A stretch of 64,000 nucleotides of DNA from Neodothiora populina (lineage: Eukaryota). Shown piece by piece: positions 59,748 to 64,000 of the stretch. A model generated the notes under the pieces. The model had not been told where the DNA came from, ran no database searches, and saw only the letters and a program-made list of their open reading frames with translations. The translations under genes were made by a program, and so were the position numbers. The DNA is taken from NCBI RefSeq assembly GCF_041146345.1, contig NW_027191409.1:1488001-1552000 (forward strand), written 5' to 3'. Position 1 is the stretch's first letter; each line of letters begins with the position of its first letter.

Positions 59748-62276
59748 CTAAGCCCATCCACCTTTACCTCCAAATCCACTACTCTCCTCGACCTGCCTCT
59801 GGTCCTTGGCGCCAGGTTGGCCCCTCGTCCTCTTCTGCTGCGCCGCCTCATGCTTGCGCAACTCCTCGGGCACGCGCGAGATGGAACTCTTGCTGAGCAT
59901 CTGTTTGAGGTCATACATGACGTCTGCATCCTCGTTGCCCAAGAAGGTAATGGCGACACCACTCTTGCCGGCACGACCTGTACGACCGACACGATGAGTG
60001 TACGACTCGATGTTCGTGGCCATGTTGAAGTTGACAACCAGAGAAACATCCGGCACATCGATTCCGCGACCGGCGAGATCGGTTGCGACGAGAATGTCGG
60101 TCTGCCCGTTGCGCAAACTCGCGAGAGCGGCTTCACGCTGTTCTTGCGTCTTGGATCCGTGCAGGGTGACTGAAGAGTATCCCATGCGTTGGATATCGCG
60201 GGCGATGGCGTCGCAGTTGCGTTTGATGTTGACGAACACGATGATGGGAGGCGCAAACTCGCGCGAAGCCAGAATCTCTTGCAGACGCTTCTTGCGCTTG
60301 TCTTCGCCGGCGACGAATTCGACACGCTGTTCGACTGTCTCGACAGCCTCGCCGACGTTTCCGATGGTCACAATGGCAGGTCGACGCAGGTACTTGCGTG
60401 CGATGCGCTCGACAGCGGCAGGCATGGTTGCCGTGTACATCATCGTCTGGCGGTAACGGTGTTTGCCTCCGATGTGTCGTGACATGGCCGCACTGTTCTC
60501 TGCCGTCTCATCGTCAGGTTTCTCGTTGCCCACAGGCAGGGCGTCGAGGATCTTATTGACGGGTTCTTCGAAACCCAAATCAATCATGCGATCGGCTTCG
60601 TCCATGATGACATAGCAGCATTGTGACAGCACAAGCACCCTACGCTCGATACAATCGACCAGACGACCAGGCGTAGCAATGATGATTTCGGCACCGTTGC
60701 GCAGGTTGTAAGCCTGTTCTTCGATCGAGTGACCACCAACAATAGAAACACAAGTAAAGCCCAAGGGCGTAGCGAACTTCTTGGCTTCGAGTTCGATCTG
60801 TTGCGCCAACTCACGGGTGGGTGCGAGAATGATGGCATAAGGACCGTCGTTCTTGGTGTAGTCATCCAGCGCGGGCAATTCAGAGATATAAACAAGCAAG
60901 GGAAGCAAGAAAGCAGCAGTTTTTCCGGAACCAGTGACGGCAACACCGATCAGATCGCGAGATTGCAGTGCAATGGGGATGGCAGCTCTCTGGACAGCCG
61001 AAGGGGTCTCGTAACCGACTTCCTCGACGATTTCCATGAGACGTTTCGGTAGATTTGCCTCGGCCCAGTTGCGCATGGGGTTGGGTATCGACCCGCCCTT
61101 TGTGCTGATATTGAAGTCTTCTTTCATGATGCGCCAGTCTCTCTCGCGCATCTGGTCCAATCTCTTCTCGCTCCAGTGTTTGTCCAGGCCGTTCCTGCTC
61201 TCGGCCTCTCGTCGCCGTCGCTCCATGTCGAGGATCTGTTGTGCGCGTTGCTTGCCGGCTTCGGGGTCGCGTGCTTCGAGAACCTTTGCGTATTTGGTCG
61301 CGATCGCGAAGTCGTCGTCCTCGGCAAAGCCACCCAGCTTGCCCCTGCCGAATGAGATGGTGTCCTGTCGGTTGGCATACAGAGGATTGTGATCCGCACT
61401 CGTGTCCTCCTCGGCATTCCACTCGAAATTGAACTTCTTTTCCGTCGTCCTCTTCCGTTTCTTCTTTGCAGAGAAGTTTGATGTACTCTGCTCGGCGCCC
61501 ATGTATCGCTGCCGGATCTGAGCAGCCTCGGTGTCCTGCGAGTTGGCGCCCTTTTTGCTCTGTGGCCCGTTCACAATGGCGGTATCCTTTGGTGGTCGAG
61601 GGGGTTGCATGTCGTAGCCTTTGTTGTGTCGCTGCTCTCTCTGTCTCATCGAGGCAGGGCCAGTGGGTGGAGCTCTGTCTCTCTGTGCGCGTGGACCGGT
61701 AGGAATGGCAGGCCGACCGTCCATGTCCCTGCTCTGGCCTGTGTTCACGCGACCCATAGAGGCCCCATTGGTTCCATTTGAGTATCCTTTAGAGTGTCCG
61801 TTTGTCGCCGGGTGTTCTGCTTCTTCTCTCCTTCTCTGTTCTGCAACCTCCCTTTGGCGCTTTTCCAGTGCGATTCTCTCTCGTTCAGCTCTCGACAAGA
61901 ACTTGGGCTGTGAGTTTGCTTCAGTCAGTAAGTGTAATGGCAGCGCACGGCGACGAGAAAATGACAAACGTAAACTCGTGGTCGGACGATAGATTGGTTG
62001 GGGTTTATTTCGTACCTTCTTTGCTGCCTCGTCGGCAGCCTTCTTCTTGGCCAGGATGTCTTCGATGCTGAGAGGTTGACTCTTGGGTTTGGCCGATGCC
62101 CAGCCCTTTTGTTTTATGGGCATCTCCGGTCCTATGCTTTCCACGGGATCTGATGGCGGCGGAGGCGGAGGAGGAGGCGCATTGTCGACGGGCGCTGGTG
62201 GTAGCGATGACATGTCTGGCGGCGGCGGCGGCGGTGGAGGTGGTGGTGCCTCTGAGGGAGGAGGCGGAGGATCCAT
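59748..62276 (-). CDS. PRP28: U5 snRNP DEAD-box helicase Prp28
   Basis: RDWRIMKEDF, AVTGSGKT, PTRELAQQI, DEAD, YTAT, GRGID, HRVGRTGRAG. In-frame intron 62015-61908. Confidence 0.97.
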   Translation of the reverse strand: MDPPPPPSEAPPPPPPPPPPDMSSLPPAPVDNAPPPPPPPPSDPVESIGPEMPIKQKGWASAKPKSQPLSIEDILAKKKAADEAAKKVRNKPQPIYRPTTSLRLSFSRRRALPLHLLTEANSQPKFLSRAERERIALEKRQREVAEQRRREEAEHPATNGHSKGYSNGTNGASMGRVNTGQSRDMDGRPAIPTGPRAQRDRAPPTGPASMRQREQRHNKGYDMQPPRPPKDTAIVNGPQSKKGANSQDTEAAQIRQRYMGAEQSTSNFSAKKKRKRTTEKKFNFEWNAEEDTSADHNPLYANRQDTISFGRGKLGGFAEDDDFAIATKYAKVLEARDPEAGKQRAQQILDMERRRREAESRNGLDKHWSEKRLDQMRERDWRIMKEDFNISTKGGSIPNPMRNWAEANLPKRLMEIVEEVGYETPSAVQRAAIPIALQSRDLIGVAVTGSGKTAAFLLPLLVYISELPALDDYTKNDGPYAIILAPTRELAQQIELEAKKFATPLGFTCVSIVGGHSIEEQAYNLRNGAEIIIATPGRLVDCIERRVLVLSQCCYVIMDEADRMIDLGFEEPVNKILDALPVGNEKPDDETAENSAAMSRHIGGKHRYRQTMMYTATMPAAVERIARKYLRRPAIVTIGNVGEAVETVEQRVEFVAGEDKRKKRLQEILASREFAPPIIVFVNIKRNCDAIARDIQRMGYSSVTLHGSKTQEQREAALASLRNGQTDILVATDLAGRGIDVPDVSLVVNFNMATNIESYTHRVGRTGRAGKSGVAITFLGNEDADVMYDLKQMLSKSSISRVPEELRKHEAAQQKRTRGQPGAKDQRQVEESSGFGGKGGWA

Positions 62277-62633
62277 GTTTGTGTGTGTGATTGTGTTGAT
62301 TTAATCAAAGTCGGCTTCTTCTCGACGATATCGTAAGTGCGCAGATCATGAGATGTTGGATGTAGCGACAAAAGTGTGGCGGCGATGTATTGATTATCAA
62401 TCTAGGCAGGTACAGCAATGCTCAAGGTCAGAGAACGGGAAGGTGCTCGCTCTGTCTAGATCGTGGGGTAGTCACACCAGAAAGTCGCTTTTTGGACCTC
62501 CGCCATACGCAACCTGCCACCGATTCGTTGCCAACACGAAACCAAACCTCGGAGTAATTAGACTTCTCCTACCTTCAAATCGATCTTGAGTATTGCGACA
62601 TCACTATTCAGCAGGTTCCTTTCAGAGATCAAG

Positions 62634-63600
62634 ATGAGCGCGCTGGGCCTGGCAGACTATGCGAGCAGCAGCGACGAGGAAGACGGCACTCCCACTCAGC
62701 CACCACTATCAGCACCAGCGCAGCAGTCGATAAAGGTAAGCGCTGTATCAGAACCAAAGTCAAGGGGCGGATAGCTGCTAATAAATATCCCCGGCCCAGG
62801 TTGCAGAGGAGCCAGAGGAACAGAGTGAGAGTGTTAAATCAAATGGTGTTACATGTCGCTGTCTACATTGCTTTCTTTATATGTACATTCTATTGATACA
62901 GTGATCCACAGGCAAGCAGCCTGCATTCGACACATCGCCAGAGGCACGACCGGAGCCAGCTGCTCCAACCGTGGGACCAGCCCTGGGACCTGCGGCCGGT
63001 CCGGCAGCAATGCCAGAGCATCTACCAGACGACATGACAGACCTGGCCGAGGACGACGACGAGGATGCGCAACCCCCGACTTCTCCATACACCACCAACC
63101 GACTCCTGCTGCGGAACCTGACAATGCCACCCGTGCCCAACTTCGACATTCCTCCGTCACCGCCAGGCACGCCGCCCGCCGCAACCACAGCCAAATTCAC
63201 GCGCTTTCTCGAACTGAAAAAGAAGGGAGTGCACTTCAACCAACGATTACACCAATCTGCCGCTTTACGCAATCCGGGACTACTCGCCAAGCTCATGGAC
63301 TTTGCTGGCATCAGTGAGCGAGACCAATATGCTTCCGCTCTGCCTGAGGCGCTGGCCGTCCCCGCCGAGTTCCCCGAATGGGCTTATGCGGACGAGCTCG
63401 TCAAAGAACATGAGCGCATCGCTAGGAGAAAGGAAGAAGAGATCTCAAAATCTGTCAGGGAAGCGGTCGATTTTGTGCCTGCAAAGAGGGCGGCAGACAG
63501 CGACAGGCCCGAGGCGAAGAGGAGCCGTTTCGACGACAAGGCGCCGAGGGACGCTGGCAGATACCATGATCGAGACAGGAGGGACCGGGGTCGTCGGTGA
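62634..63600 (+). CDS. SAP30-binding protein (HCNGP-like)
   Basis: LGLADYASSSDEE; LTMPPVPNFDIPPSPPG, FLELKKKGVHFNQRL, LRNPGLLAKL. Intron 62736-62799 and a second intron ending near 62911. Confidence 0.88.
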
Positions 63601-63627
63601 TTATTCATCAGGACTTGAAGTTATGCA

Positions 63628-64000
63628 TCAGAGACCAAAGACGTGAGCAATGCGCATCTTGACGCCCTCGAGCGTGTTGAACTTGGGTCGGACGTCGAGA
63701 TAGAAGTTGAGCGCCTTTCCGCTCTTGCCCTCGTTCTTGCCGGCATAGAAGTCTATGACATACTCGACCTGGGTCCCGCAGCGGTCGACAACCCAGTCAT
63801 GGCGGTCGAAAGGCTTGGTGTAGCCGAGCAGAGAGTTCATGCGCGCCCTCGGCGTCAGAGCGCTCGAGTCGCCACGGAAGGAGACGAGTTTGGGACCACC
63901 GCATCTGAGACGGATGTTAGCTTGTCGACAGCTACACGCTGGGAAGACGATGCCCTTACGCTTCGGAGCCACGACCGGCTTCCCACTTCTTGATTTCCAC
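63628..64000 (-). CDS. CYT2: 3' part of holocytochrome-c1 synthase (heme lyase)
   Basis: EIKKWE...CGGPKLVSF.G, TPRAR, PFDRHDWVVDRCG, YVIDFY, FYLDVRPK. Intron 63959-63905. CYT2 rather than CYC3 is inferred from the C-terminal pattern. Confidence 0.85.
   Translation of the reverse strand, partial: WKSRSGKPVVAPKRKGIVFPACSCRQANIRLRCGGPKLVSFRGDSSALTPRARMNSLLGYTKPFDRHDWVVDRCGTQVEYVIDFYAGKNEGKSGKALNFYLDVRPKFNTLEGVKMRIAHVFGL

Overview
Gene-dense, intron-containing nuclear DNA of a filamentous ascomycete (GT-AG introns with CTRAC branch sites; Dothideomycete-like is my inference). About 29 protein genes, mostly housekeeping: PNO1, MDM31, THOC5, IZH3-type PAQR, PTH11-like receptor, securin, tropomyosin, RRP17, TBC RabGAP, two nitronate monooxygenases, RPB11, HIS1, PRE7, POL31, CYM1, taxilin, DGA1, STK19, a small SET protein, PRP28, SAP30BP and CYT2. 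I saw no tRNA, rRNA, transposon or CRISPR. The most striking signal is missing from the ORF track. The THOC5 TAG stop (8012-8014, minus) is followed in frame by 121 sense codons with no ATG, ending in a canonical CCHC zinc knuckle. This suggests stop-codon recoding (readthrough or UAG->UIG editing). Other highlights are a TPR-MYND-SET gene broken by an in-frame TAA and a GT..AT intron, a spliced 75-aa Cox26-like microprotein with two SREBP-type elements upstream, a probable securin, and a recurrent intergenic 11-mer. All calls come from manual translation and recalled family motifs; no database searches were run.
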